DNA from: the human T2T-CHM13v2.0 reference genome, Homo sapiens
Reading direction: 5' to 3'
Length of the DNA stretch: 64,000 nt
Assembly: GCA_009914755.4 (NCBI GenBank)
Contig: CP068257.2
Coordinates: 896,001-960,000 of the forward strand
Position 1 is the first letter of the stretch. Each line of letters starts with the position of its first letter. A program made the position numbers and the translations under genes. Under the pieces are notes generated by a model. It searched no databases. It was given only the letters and a program-made list of their open reading frames with translations, and had not been told where the DNA came from. Of this stretch, positions 13,843 to 26,909 are shown piece by piece.

Positions 13843-15816
13843 CTAAATTAACTTTGTGACATAACCCTGTACTGATCATCCAGGTGATGGGGCTTTTGTC
13901 TAGGCTCTGCCTAAGGGGGCATTGTGACATATTTCTGCATTGATCACCCAGGTGGCGAACTCTTCTCTTGGATCTGCCTATGGGGGCATTGTGACAAATC
14001 TCTGCACTGATCACCCAGGTGATGTAACTGTTGTGTAACCTCTGCCTACAGGGGAATTGTGAGAGATCTCGCCACTGATCACCCAAGTGATGTAACCATT
14101 GTCTAGGCTTTGTGTACAGGGGGCTTTGTGACATACCTTTGCACTGATCACCCAGGTGATGTAACACATCTAAGTTCGGCCTAAAGGAGCTTTGTGACAT
14201 ATCTCTGCACTGATCACTTAGGTGATGTAACACTTTTATAAGCACTGCCTACAGGGAATTTTGACAAATCTCTGCACTGATCACCTAGGTGATGTAACGC
14301 TTGTCTACCCTCTGTCCAACGGGTCATTGTGAAATATCTCTGCACTAATCACCCAGGTGATTCAACTCTTGACTAGGATCTGCCTACAGAGGTTATTGTG
14401 AAATATCTCTGCACTGATAAACTAGGTGGTGTAACCCTTATCCAAGCTCTGCCTACAGGGGCGTTTTCACATATCCCTGAAGTGATGACAAAGGTGATGT
14501 AACTCTTGCCTAGGCTTTGCCTACAGGGGACATTGGACATATATCTGCACTGATCACCCAGGTGATGCAACTCTAACCTAGGCTTTGCCTACAGGGGACA
14601 TTGTGACATATCGCTTCAATGATCACCCGTGTGATGCAACTCTTGCCTAGGCTTTGCCTACAGGGGACATTGTGACATATCTCTGCACTGATCTCCCAGG
14701 TGCTGTAACTTTAGTCTAGACTCTGGCTACACGGCATTGTGACATATCACTGCACTGATCAACCAGGTGATATAACTCTTGTCTAGGCTCTGCCTACAGG
14801 GGGCTTGTGACATAGCTCAGCACTGATCACCCAGATGATATAACTCTTCTCTAGGATCTGCCTACAGGGTGCTTTGTGACATATCCCTGCAATGATCACC
14901 CAGGTGATCTAACTCTGGTTTAAGCTCTGCCTAAAGGGGCATTGTGACAGATCTCTGCACTGATCACTCAGGTGATGTAACTATTGTCTAGGCTCTGCTT
15001 AAAGGGGCCTTGTCACATATCTCTGCAATGATCACCCAGGTGATGTAACTCTTGTCTAGCCTCTGCTTTCACGGCATATTGTGACATATCTATGCACTGA
15101 TCACCTTAGTGATGTAACACTTGTGTAGGCTCGGCCTACAGGGGAATATTGACATATCTCTGCACTGTTAACCGAGGTGATTTAACTCTTGTCTAGGCTG
15201 TGCCCACAGGGGGATTGAGACATACCTCTGCACTGATCCCGAGGTGATCCAACTGTTGCCTGGTCTCTGCCTACTGGTGACATTGTGACATATCTCTGCA
15301 CTGATCTCCCAGGTGCTGTAACTTTAGTCTAGGCTCTGGCTACACGGCATTGTGACATATCACTGCACTGATCACCCAGGTGATATAAATATTGTCTAGG
15401 CTCTGCCTAAAATGGCCTTGTGACATATCTCTGCACTGATCACCCAGGTGATATAACTCTTCTCTAGGATCTGACCACAGGGTGCTTTGTGGTACTTCCC
15501 TGCAATGATCACCCAGGTGATATACCACTTGCCAAGGCTCTGCCTACAGGGGCATTGCAATGTAACTCTGCACTGATCACCTAGGTCTTGTAACTCTTTT
15601 CTTCAATGGGCCCTCAGGATGCTTTTTGACGTATCCCAGCAAGGATTACCCAGGTGTTGTACCTCTCATCAAGGCTCTGCCTACAGGCACATTGCGATGT
15701 ATCTCTGCACTGATCACCTAGGTCATGTAACTTTTGTCTAGGCTCTGCCTACGATGGCATTGTGACATATCTCTGCACTAATCATCGAAGTGATGTAAAC
15801 CTTGTCTAGGATCTGC
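13843..15816. repeat. HOR copy 8, 1974 bp (counterpart of copies 2 and 5, slightly diverged)
   Basis: Landmark spacing is 1974. Confidence 0.85.
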
Positions 15817-17791
15817 CTAAATTAACTTTGTGACATAACCCTGTACTGATCATCCAGGTGATGGGGCTTTTGTCTAGGCTCTGCCTAAGGGGGCATTGTG
15901 ACATATTTCTGCATTGATCACCCAGGTGGCGAACTCTTCTCTTGGATCTGCCTATGGGGGCATTGTGACAAAACTCTGCACAGATCACCCAGGTGATGTA
16001 ACTGTTGTGTAACCTCTGCCTACAGGGGAATTGTGAGAGATCTCGCCACTGATCACCCAAGTGATGTAACCATTGTCTAGGCTTTGCGTACAGGGGGCTT
16101 TGTGACATACCTTTGCACTGATCACCCAGGTGATGTAACACATCTATGTTCGGCCTAAAGGAGCTTTGTGACATATCTCTGCACTGATCATTTAGGTGAT
16201 GTAACACTTTTATAAGCACTGCCTACAGGGAATTTTGACAAATCTCTGCACTGATCACCTAGGTGATGTAACGCTTGTCTACCCTCTGTCCAACGGGGCA
16301 TTGTGAAATATCTCTGCACTGATCACCCAGGCGATTCAATTCTTGACTAGGATCTGCCTACAGAGGTTATTGTGAAATATCTCTGCACTGATAAACTAGG
16401 TGGTGTAACCCTTATCCAAGCTCTGCCTACAGGGGCGTTTTCACATATCCCTGAAGTGATGACAAAGGTGATGTAACTGTTGCCTATGCTTTGCCTACAA
16501 GGGGACATTGGACATATATCTGCACTGATCACCCAGGTGATGCAACTCTTGCCTAGGCTTTGCCTACAGGGGACATTGTGACATATCGCTTCAATGATCA
16601 CCCATGTGATGCAACTCTTGCCTAGGCTTTGCCTACAGGGAACATTGTGACATATCTCTGCACTGATCTCCCAGGTGCTGTAACTTTAGTCTAGACTCTG
16701 GCTACACGGCATTGTGACATATCACTGCACTGATCAACCAGGTGATATAACTCTTGTCTAGGCTCTGCCTACAGGGGGCTTGTGACATATCTCTGCACTG
16801 ATCACCCAGGTGATATAACTCTTCTCTAGGATCTGCCTACAGGGTGCTTTGTGACATATCCCTGCAATGATCACCCAGGTGATCTAACTCTGGTTTAAGC
16901 TCTGCCTAAAGGGGCATTGTGACAGATCTCTGCACTGATCACTCAGGTGATGAAACTATTGTCTAGGCTCTGCTTAAAGGGGCCTTGTCACATATCTCTG
17001 CAATGATCACCCAGGTGATGTAACTCTTGTCTAGCCTCTGCTTCCACGGCATATTGTGACATATCTATGCACTGATCACCTTAGTGATGTAACACTTGTG
17101 TAGGCTCGGCCTACAGGGGAATATTGACATATCTCTGCACTGTTAACCGAGGTGATTTAACTCTTGTCTAGGCTGTGCCCACAGGGGGATTGAGACATAT
17201 CTCTGCACTGATCCCGAGGTGATCCAACTGTTCCCTGGTCTCTGCCTACTGGGGACATTGTGACATATCTCTGCACTGATCTCCCAGGTGCTGTAACTTT
17301 AGTCTAGGCTCTGGCTACACGGCATTGCGACATATCACTGCACTGATCACCCAGGTGATATAAATCTTGTCTAGGCTCTGCCTAAAATGGCCTTGTGACA
17401 TATCTCTGCACTGATCACCCAGGTGATATAACTCTTCTCTAGGATCTGACCACAGGGTGCTTTGTGGCATTTCCCTGCAATGATCACCCAGGTGATATAC
17501 CAATTGCCAACGCTCTGCCTACAGGGGCATTGCAATGTATCTCTGCACTGATCACCTAGGTCTTGTAACTCTTTTCTTCGATCTGCCCTCAGGGTGCTTT
17601 TTGACGTATCCCAGCAAGGATTACCCAGGTGATGTACCTCTCATCAAGGCTCTGCCTACAGGCACATTGCGATGTATCTCTGCACTGATCACCTAGGTCA
17701 TGTAACTTTTGTCTAGGCTCTGCCTACGATGGCATTGTGACATATCTCTGCACTAATCATCCAAGTGATGTAAACCTTGTCTACGATCTGC
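15817..17791. repeat. HOR copy 9, 1975 bp (breaks the 3-HOR pattern; distinct variants)
   Basis: Landmark spacing 15817->17792 is 1975. There is a 1-bp insertion and several private substitutions. Confidence 0.8.
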
Positions 17792-19151
17792 CTAAATTAA
17801 CTTTGTGACATAACCCTGTACTGATCATCCAGGTGATGGGGCTTTTGTCTAGGCTCTACCTAAGGGGGCATTGTGACATATTTCTGCATTGATCACCCAG
17901 GTGGCGAACTATTCTCTTGGATCTGCCTATGGGGGCATTGTGACAAATCTCTGCACTGATCACCCAGGTGATGTAACTGTTGTGTAACCTCTGCCTACAG
18001 GGGAATTGTGAGAGATCTCGCCACTGATCACCCAAGTGATGTAACAATTGTCTGGGCTTTGCGTACAGGGGGCTTTGTGACATACCTTTGCACTGATCAC
18101 CCAGGTGATGTAACACATCTATGTTCGGCCTAAAGGAGCTTTGTGACATATCTCTGCACTGATCACCCAGGTGATATAACTCTTCTCTAGGATCTGCCTA
18201 CAGGGTGCTTTGTGACATATCCCTGCAATGATCACCCAGGTGATCTAACTCTGGTTTAAGCTCTGCCTAAAGGGGCATTGTGACAGATCTCTGCACTGAT
18301 CACTCAGGTGATGAAACTATTGTCTAGGCTCTGCTTAACGGGGCCTTGTCACATATCTCTGCAATGATCACCCAGGTGATGTAACTCTTGTCTAGCCTCT
18401 GCTTCCACGGCATATTGTGACATATCATGCACTGATCACCTTAGTGATGTAACACTTGTGTAGGCTCGGCCTACAGGGGAATATTGACATATCTCTGCAC
18501 TGTTAACTGAGGTGATTTAACTCTTGTCTAGGCTGTGCCCACAGGGGGATTGAGACATATCTCTGCACTGATCCCGAGGTGATCCAACTGTTGCCTGGTC
18601 TCTGCCTACTGGTGACATTGTGACATATCTCTGCACTGATCTCCCAGGTGCTGTAACTTTAGTCTAGGCTTTGGCTACACGGCATTGTGACATATCACTG
18701 CACTGATCACCCAGGTGATATAAATCTTGTCTAGGCTCTGCCTAAAATGGCCTTGTGACATATCTCTGCACTGATCACCCAGGTGATATAACTCTTCTCT
18801 AGGATCTGACCGCAGGGTGCTTTGTGGCATTTCCCTGCAATGATCACCCAGGTGATATACCACTTGCCAACGCTCTGCCTACAGGGGCATTGCAATGTAT
18901 CTCTGCACTGATCACCTAGGTCTTGTAACTCTTTTCTTCGATCTGCCTTCAGGGTGCTTTTTGACGTATCCCAGCAAGGATTACCCAGGTGATGTACCTC
19001 TCATCAAGGGTCTGCCTACAGGCACATTGCCATGTATCTCTGCACTGATCACCTAGGTCATGTAACTTTTGTCTAGGCTCTGCCTACGATGGCATTGTGA
19101 CATATCTCTGCACTAATCATCCAAGTGATGTAAACCTTGTCTACGATCTGC
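17792..19151. repeat. HOR copy 10, 1360 bp: 20-monomer copy carrying a 9-monomer (~614 bp) deletion (M7-M15 lost)
   Basis: Landmark spacing is 1360. At about 18140-18180 monomer M6 (..ggagctttgtgacatatctctgcactgatcac) runs directly into M16 (ccaggtgatataactcttctctaggatctgcctacagggtgc). Separately, there is a 2-bp loss at about 18421. Confidence 0.85.
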
Positions 19152-21056
19152 CTAAATTAACTTTGTGACATAACCCTGTACTGATCATCCAGGTGATGGG
19201 GCTTTTGTCTAGGCTCTGCCTAAGGGGGCATTGTGACATATTTCTGCATTGATCACCCAGGTGGCGAACTCTTCTCTTGGATCTGCCTATGGGGACATTG
19301 TGACAAATCTCTGCAATGGTCACCCAGGTGATGTAACTGTTGTGTAACCTCTGCCTACAGAGGAATTGTGAGAGATCTCGCCACTGATCACCCAAGTGAT
19401 GTAACCATAGTCTAGGCTTTGCGTACAGGTGGCTTTGTGACATACCTTTGCACTGATCACCCAGGTGATGTAACACATCTAAGTTCGGACTAAAGGAGCT
19501 TTGTGACATATCTCTGCACTGATCACTTAGGTGATGTAACACTTTTATAAGCATGGCCTACAGGGAATTTTGACAAATCTCTGCACTGATCACCTAGGTG
19601 ATGTAACGCTTGTCTACCCTCTGTGCAACGGGGCATTGTGAAATATCTGTGCACTGATCACCCAGGTGATTCAACTCTTGACTAGGATCAGCCTACAGAG
19701 GTTATTGTGAAATATCTCTGCACTGATAAACTAGGTGGTGTAACCCTTATCCAAGCTCTGCCTACAGGGGCGTTTTCACATATCCCTGAAGTGATGACAA
19801 AGGTGATGTAACTCTTGCCTAGGCTTTGCCTACAGGGGACATTGGACATATATCTGCACTGATCACCCAGGTGATGCAACTCTTGCCTAGGCTTTGCCTA
19901 CAGGGGACATTGTGACATATCTCTGCACTGATCTCCCAGGTGCTGTAACTTTAGTCTAGACTCTGGCTACACGGCATTGTGACATATCACTGCACTGATC
20001 AACCAGGTGATATAACTCTTGTATAGGCTCTGCCTACAGGGGGCTTGTGACATATCTCTGCACTGGTCACCCAGGTGATATAACTCTTCTCTAGGATCTG
20101 CCTACAGGGTGCTTTGTGACATAACCCTGCAATGATCACCCAGGTGATCTAACTCTGGTTTAAGCTCTGCCTAAAGGGGCATTGTGACAGATCTCTGCAC
20201 TGATCACTCAGGTGATGTAACTATTGTCTAGGCTCTGCTTAAAGGGGCCTTGTCACATATCTCTGCAATGATCACCCAGGTGATGTAACTCTTGTCTAGC
20301 CTCTACTTTCACGGCATATTGTGACATATCTATGCACTGATAACCTTAGTGATGTAACACTTGTGTAGGCTCGGCCTACAGGGGAATATAGACATATCTC
20401 TGCACTGTTAACCGAGGTGATTTAACTCTTGTCTAGGCTGTGCCCACAGGGGGATTGAGACATATCTCTGCACTGATCCCGAGGTGATCCAACTGTTGCC
20501 TGGTCTCTGCCTACTGGGGACATTGTGACATATCTCTGCACTGATATCCCAGGTGCTGTAACTTTAGTCTAGGCTCTGGCTACACGGCATTGTGACATAT
20601 CACTGCACTGATCACCCAGGTGATATAAATCTTGTCTAGGCTCTGCCTACAAAGGCCTTGTGACATATCTCTGCACTGATCACCCAGGTGATATAACTCT
20701 TCTCTAGGATCTGACCACAGGGTGCTTTGTGGCATTTCCCTGCAATGATCGCCCAGGTGATATACCACTTGCCAAGGCTCTGCCTACAGGGGCATTGCAA
20801 TGTATCTCTGCACTGATCACCTAGGTCTTGTAACTCTTTTCTAGGATCTGCCCACAGGGTGCTTTTTGACGTATCCCAGCAAGGATTACCCAGGTGATGT
20901 ACCTCTCATCAAGGCTCTGCCTACAGGCACATTGCGATGTATCTCTGCACTGATCACCTAGGTCATGTAACTTTTGTGTAGGCTCTGCCTGCGTTGGCAT
21001 TGTGAGATATCTCTGCACTAATCATCCAAGTGATGTAACCCTTGTCTAGGATCTGC
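19152..21056. repeat. HOR copy 11, 1905 bp: 28-monomer variant (one monomer of the M11-M13 triplet lost)
   Basis: Landmark spacing is 1905. At about 19860-19930 M11 is followed directly by M13. The tatcgcttcaatgatcacccatgtgat monomer is absent. Confidence 0.85.
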
Positions 21057-23030
21057 CTAAATTAACTTTGTGACATAACCCTGTACTGATCATCCAGGTG
21101 ATGGGGCTTTTGTCTAGGCTCTGCCTAAGGGGGCATTGTGACATATTTCTGCATTGATCACCCAGGTGGCGAACTCTTCTCTTGGATCTGCCTATGGGGG
21201 CATTGTGACAAATCTCTGCACTGATCACCCAGGTGATGTAAATGTTGTGTAACCTCTGGCTACAGGGGAATTGTGAGAGATCTCGCCACTGATCACCCAA
21301 GTGATGTAACCATTGTCTAGGCTTTGCATACAGGGGGCTTTGTGACATACCTTTGCACTGATCACCCTGGTGATGTAACACATCTATGTTCGGCCTAAAG
21401 GAGCTTTGTGACATATCTCTGCACTGATCACTTAGGTGATGTAACACTTTTATAAGCACTGCCTACAGGGAATTTTGACAAATCTCTGCACTGATCACCT
21501 AGGTGATGTAACGCTTGTCTACCCTCTGTCCAACGGGGCATTGTGAAATATCTCTGCACTGATCACCCAGGTGATTCAACTCTTGACTAGGATCTGCCTA
21601 CAGAGGTTATTGTGAAATATCTCTGCACTGATAAACTAGGTGGTGTAACCCTTATCCAAGCTCTGCCTACAGGGGTGTTTTCACATATCCCTGAAGTGAT
21701 GACAAAGGTGATGTAACTCTTGCCTAGGCTTTGCCTACAGGGGACATTGGACATATATCTGCACTGATCACCCAGGTGATGCAACTCTTGCCTAGGCTTT
21801 GCCTACAGGGGACATTGTGATATATCGCTTCAATGATCACCCATGTGATGCAACTCTTGCCTAGGCTTTGCCTACAGGGGACATTGTGACATATCTCTGC
21901 ACTGATCTCCCAGGTGCTGTAACTTTAGTCTAGACTCTGGCTACACGATATTGTGACATATCACTGCAATGATCAACCAGGTGATATAACTCTTGTCTAG
22001 GCTCTGCCTACAGGGGGCTTGTGACATATCTCTGCACTGATCACCCAGGTGATATAACTCTTCTCTAGGGTCTGCCTACAGGGTGCTTTGTGACATATCC
22101 CTGCAATGATCACCCAGGTGATCTAACTCTGGTTTAAGCTCTGCCTAAAGGGGCATTGTGACAGATCTCTACACTGATCACTCAGGTGATGAAACTATTG
22201 TCTAGGCTCTGCTTAAAGGGGCCTTGTCACATATCTCTGCAATGATCACCCAGGTGATGTAACTCTTGTCTAGCCTCTGCTTCCACGGCATATTGTGACA
22301 TATCTATGCACTGATCACCTTAGTGATGTAACACTTGTGTAGCCTCGGCCTACAGGGGAATATTGACATATCTCTGCACTGTTAACCGAGGTGATTTAAC
22401 TCTTGTCTAGGCTGTGCCCACAGGGGGATTGAGACATATCTCTGCACTGAACCCGAGGTGATCCAACTGTTGCCTGGTCTCTGCTTACTGGGGACATTGT
22501 GACATATCTCTGCACTGATCTCCTAGGTGCTGTAACTTTAGTCTAGGATCTGGCTACACGGCATTGTGACATATCACTGCACTGATCACCCAGGTGATAT
22601 AAATCTTGTCTAGGCTCTGCCTACAATGGCCTTGTGACATATCTCTGCACTGATCACCCAGGTGATATAACTCTTCTCTAGGATCTGACCACAGGGTGCT
22701 TTGTGGCATTTCCCTGCAATGATCACCCAGGTGATATACCACTTGCCAATGCTCTGCCTACAGGGGCATTGCAATGTATCTCTGCACTGATCACCTAGGT
22801 CTTGTAACTCTTTCCTAGGATCTGCCCACAGGGTGTTTTTTGACGTATCCCAGCAAGGATTACCCAGGTGATGTACCGCTCATCAAGGCTCTGCCTACAG
22901 GCACATTGCGATGTATCTCTGCACTGATCACCTAGGTCATGTAACTTTTGTCTAGGCTCTGCCTACCATGGCATTGTGACATATCTCTGCACTAATCATC
23001 CAAGTGATGTAACGCTTGTCTAGGATCTGC
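21057..23030. repeat. HOR copy 12, 1974 bp
   Basis: Landmark spacing is 1974. Confidence 0.85.
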
Positions 23031-24935
23031 CTAAATTAACTTTGTGACATAACCCTGTACTGATCATCCAGGTGATGGGGCTTTTGTCTAGGCTCTGCCT
23101 AAGGGGGCATTGTGACATATTTCTGCATTGGTCACCCAGGTGGCGAACTCTTCTCTTGGATCTGCCTATGGGGGCATTGTGACAAATCTCTGCACTGATC
23201 ACCCAGGTGATGTAACAGTTGTGTAACCTCTGCCTACAGGGGAATTGTGAGAGATCTCGCCACTGATCACCCAACTGATGTAACCATTGTCTAGGCTTTG
23301 CGTACAGGGGGCTTTGTGACATACCTTTGCACTGATCACCCAGGTGATGTAACACATCTAAGTTCGGCCTAAAGGAGCTTTGTGACATATCTCTGCACTG
23401 ATCACTTAGGTGATGTAACACTTTTATAAGCACTGCCTACAGGGAATTTTGACAAATCTCTGCACTGATCACCTAGGTGATGTAACGCTTGTCTACCCTC
23501 TGTCCAACGGGGCATTGTGAAATATCTCTGCACTGATCACCCAGGTGATTCAACTCTTGACTAGGATCTGCCTACAGAGTTTATTGTGAAATATCTCTGC
23601 ACTGATAAACTAGGTGGTGTAACCCTTATCCAAGCTCTGCCTACAGGGGCGTTTTCACGTATCCCTGAAGTGATGACAAAGGTGATGTAACTCTTGCCTA
23701 GGCTTTGCCTACAGGGGACATTGGACATATATCTGCACTGATCACCCAGGTGATGCAAATCTTGCCTAGGCTTTGCCTACAGGGGATATTTTGACATATC
23801 TCTGCACTGATCTCCCAGGTGCTGTAACTTTAGTCTAGACTCTGGCTACACGGCATTGTGACATATCACTGCACTGATCAACCAGGTGATATAACTCTTG
23901 TCTAGTCTCTGCCTACAGGTGGCTTGTGACATATCTCTGCACTGGTCACCCAGGTGATATAATTCTTCTCTACGATCTGCCTACAGGGTGCTTTGTGACA
24001 TATCCCTGCAATGATCACCCAGGTGATCCAACTCTGGTTTAAGCTCTGCCTAAAGGGGCATTGTTACAGATCTCTGCACTGATCACTCAGGTGATGTAAC
24101 TATTGTCTAGGGTCTGCTTAAAGGGGCCTTGTCACATATCTCTGCAATGATCACCCAGGTGATGTAACTCTTGTCTAGCCTCTGCTTCCACGGCATATTG
24201 TGACATATCTATGCACTGATCACCTTAGTGATGTAACACTTGTGTAGGCTCGGCCTACAGGGGAATATTGACATATCTCTGCACTGTTAACCGAGGTGAT
24301 TTATCTCTTGTCTACGCTGTGCCCACAGGGGGATTGATTCATATCTCTGCACTGATCCCGAGGTGATCCAACTCTTGCCTGGTCTCTGCCTACTGGGGAC
24401 ATTGTGACATATCTCTGCACTGATCTCCCAGGTGCTGTAACTTTAGTCTAGGCTCTGGCTACACGGCATTGTGACATATCACTGCACTGATCAGCCAGGT
24501 GATATAAATCTTGTCTAGGCTCTGCCTACAATGGCCTTGTGACATATCTCTGCACTGATCACCCAGGTGATATAACTCTTCTCTAGGATCTGACCACAGG
24601 GTGCTTTGTGGCATTTCCCTGCAATGATCACCCAGGTGATATACCACTTGCCAAGGCTCTGCCTACAGGGGCATTGCAATGTATCTCTGCACTGATCACC
24701 TAGGTCTTGTAACTCTTTTCTAGGATCTGCCCACAGGGTGTTTTTTGACGTATCCCAGCAAGGATTACCCAGGTGATGTACCGCTCATCAAGGCTCTGCC
24801 TACAGGCACATTGCGATGTATCTCTGCACTGATCACCTAGGTCATGTAACTTTTGTCTAGGCTCTGCCTACCATGGCATTGTGACATATCTCTGCACTAA
24901 TCATCCAAGTGATGTAACCCTTGTCCAGGATATGC
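23031..24935. repeat. HOR copy 13, 1905 bp: 28-monomer variant (M12 lost)
   Basis: Landmark spacing is 1905. At about 23750-23830 the tatcgcttcaatgat monomer is missing. Confidence 0.85.
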
Positions 24936-26909
24936 CTAAATTAACTTTGTGACATAACCCTGTACTGATCATCCAGATGAAGGGGCTTTTTTCTAGGCTC
25001 TGCCTAAGGGGGCATTGTGACATATTTTTGCATTGATCACCCAGGTGGCGAACTCTTCTCTTGGATCTGCCTATGGGGGCATTGTGACAAATCTCTGCAC
25101 TGATCACCCAGGTGATGTAACTGTTGTGTAACCTCTGCCTACAGGGGAATTGTGAGAGATCTCGCCACTGATCACCCAAGTGATGTAACCATTGTCTAGG
25201 CTTTGCGTACACGGGGCTTTGTGACATACCTTTGCACTGATCACCCAGGTGATGTAATACATCTAAGTTCGGCCTAAAGGAGCTTTGTGACATATGTCTG
25301 CACTCATCACTTAGGTGATGTAACACTTTTATAAGCACTGCCTACAGGGAATTTTGACAAATCTCTGCACTGATCACCTAGGTGATGTAACGCTTGTCTA
25401 CCCTCTGTCCAACGGAGCATTGTGAAATATCTCTGCACTGATCACCCAGGTGATTCAACTCTTGACTAGGATCTGCCTACAGAGTTTATTGTGAAATATC
25501 TCTGCACTGATAAACTAGGTGGTGTAACCCTTATCCAAGCTCTGCCTACAGGGGCGTTTTCACGTATCCCTGAAGTGATGACAAAGGTGATGTAACTCTT
25601 GCCTAGGCTTTGCCTACAGGGGACATTGGACATATATCTGCACTGATCACCCAGGTGATGCAAATCTTGCCTAGGCTTTGCCTACAGGGGACATTGTGAC
25701 ATATCGCTTCAATGATCACCCATGTGATGCAACACTTGCCTAGGCTTTGCCTACAGCGGACATTGTGACATATCTCTGCACTGATCTCCCAGGTGCTGTA
25801 ACTTTAGTCTAGACTCTGGCTACACGGCATTGTGACATATCACTGCACTGATCAACCAGGTGATATAACTCTTGTCTAGGCTCTGCCTACAGGGGGCTTG
25901 TGACATATCTCTGCACTGGTCACCCAGGTGATATAATTCTTCTCTACGATCTGCCTACAGGGTGCTTTGTGACATATCCCTGCAATGATCACCCAGGTGA
26001 TCCAACTCTGGTTTAAGCTCTGCCTAAAGGGGCATTGTTACAGATCTCTGCACTGATCACTCAGGTGATGTAACTATTGTCTAGGCTCTGCTTAAAGGGG
26101 CCTTGTCACATATCTCTGCAATGATCACCCAGGTGATGTAACTCTTGTCTAGCCTCTGCTTCCACGGCATATTGTGACATATCTATGCACTGATCACCTT
26201 AGTGATGTAACACTTGTGTAGCCTCGGCCTACAGGGGAATATTGACATATCTCTGCACTGTTAACCGAGGTGATTTATCTCTTGTCTACGCTGTGCCCAC
26301 AGGGGGATTGATTCATATCTCTGCACTGATCCCGAGGTGATCCAACTGTTGCCTGGTCTCTGCCTACTGGGGACATTGTGACATATCTCTGCACTGATCT
26401 CCCAGGTGCTGTAACTTTAGTCTAGGCTCTGGCTACACGGCATTGTGACATATCACTGCACTGATCACCCAGGTGATATAAATCTTGTCTAGGCTCTGCC
26501 TACAATGGCCTTGTGACATATCTCTGCACTGATCACCCAGGTGATATAACTCTTCTCTAGGATCTGACCACAGGGTGCTTTGTGGCATTTCCCTGCAATG
26601 ATCACCCAGTTGATATACCACTTGCCAAGGCTCTGCCTACAGGGGCATTGCAATGTATCTCTGCACTGATCACCTAGGTCTTGTAACTCTTTTCTAGGAT
26701 CTGCCCACAGGGTGTTTTTTGACGTATCCCAGCAAGGATTACCCAGGTGATGTACCTCTCATCAAGGCTCTGCCTACAGGCACATTGCGATGTATCTCTG
26801 CACTGATCACCTAGGTCATGTAACTTTTGTCTAGGCTCTGCCTACCATGGCATTGTGACATATCTCTGCACTAATCATCCAAGTGATATAACCCTTGTCT
26901 AGGATCTGC
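24936..26909. repeat. HOR copy 14, 1974 bp
   Basis: Landmark spacing is 1974. The landmark variant ccaggatatgcc removes the usual minus-strand stop, which explains the longer 145-aa pseudo-ORF. Confidence 0.85.

Larger units (their letters stand above)
25..15816. repeat. Super-HOR domain: 5922-bp unit (3 x 1974-bp HORs, types A-B-C) repeated about 2.7 times
   Basis: Copies at lag 5922 are almost identical (pseudo-ORF translations at 1988/7910, 2529/8451, 3496/9418 and 5470/11392 are identical). Adjacent copies differ at several positions, for example SSFRPNL vs SSIRPNL, YAKPRQ vs YTKPRQ vs GMPQSPLYPKPRQ, HCREMPQ vs HCRAMPQ. Confidence 0.8.
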
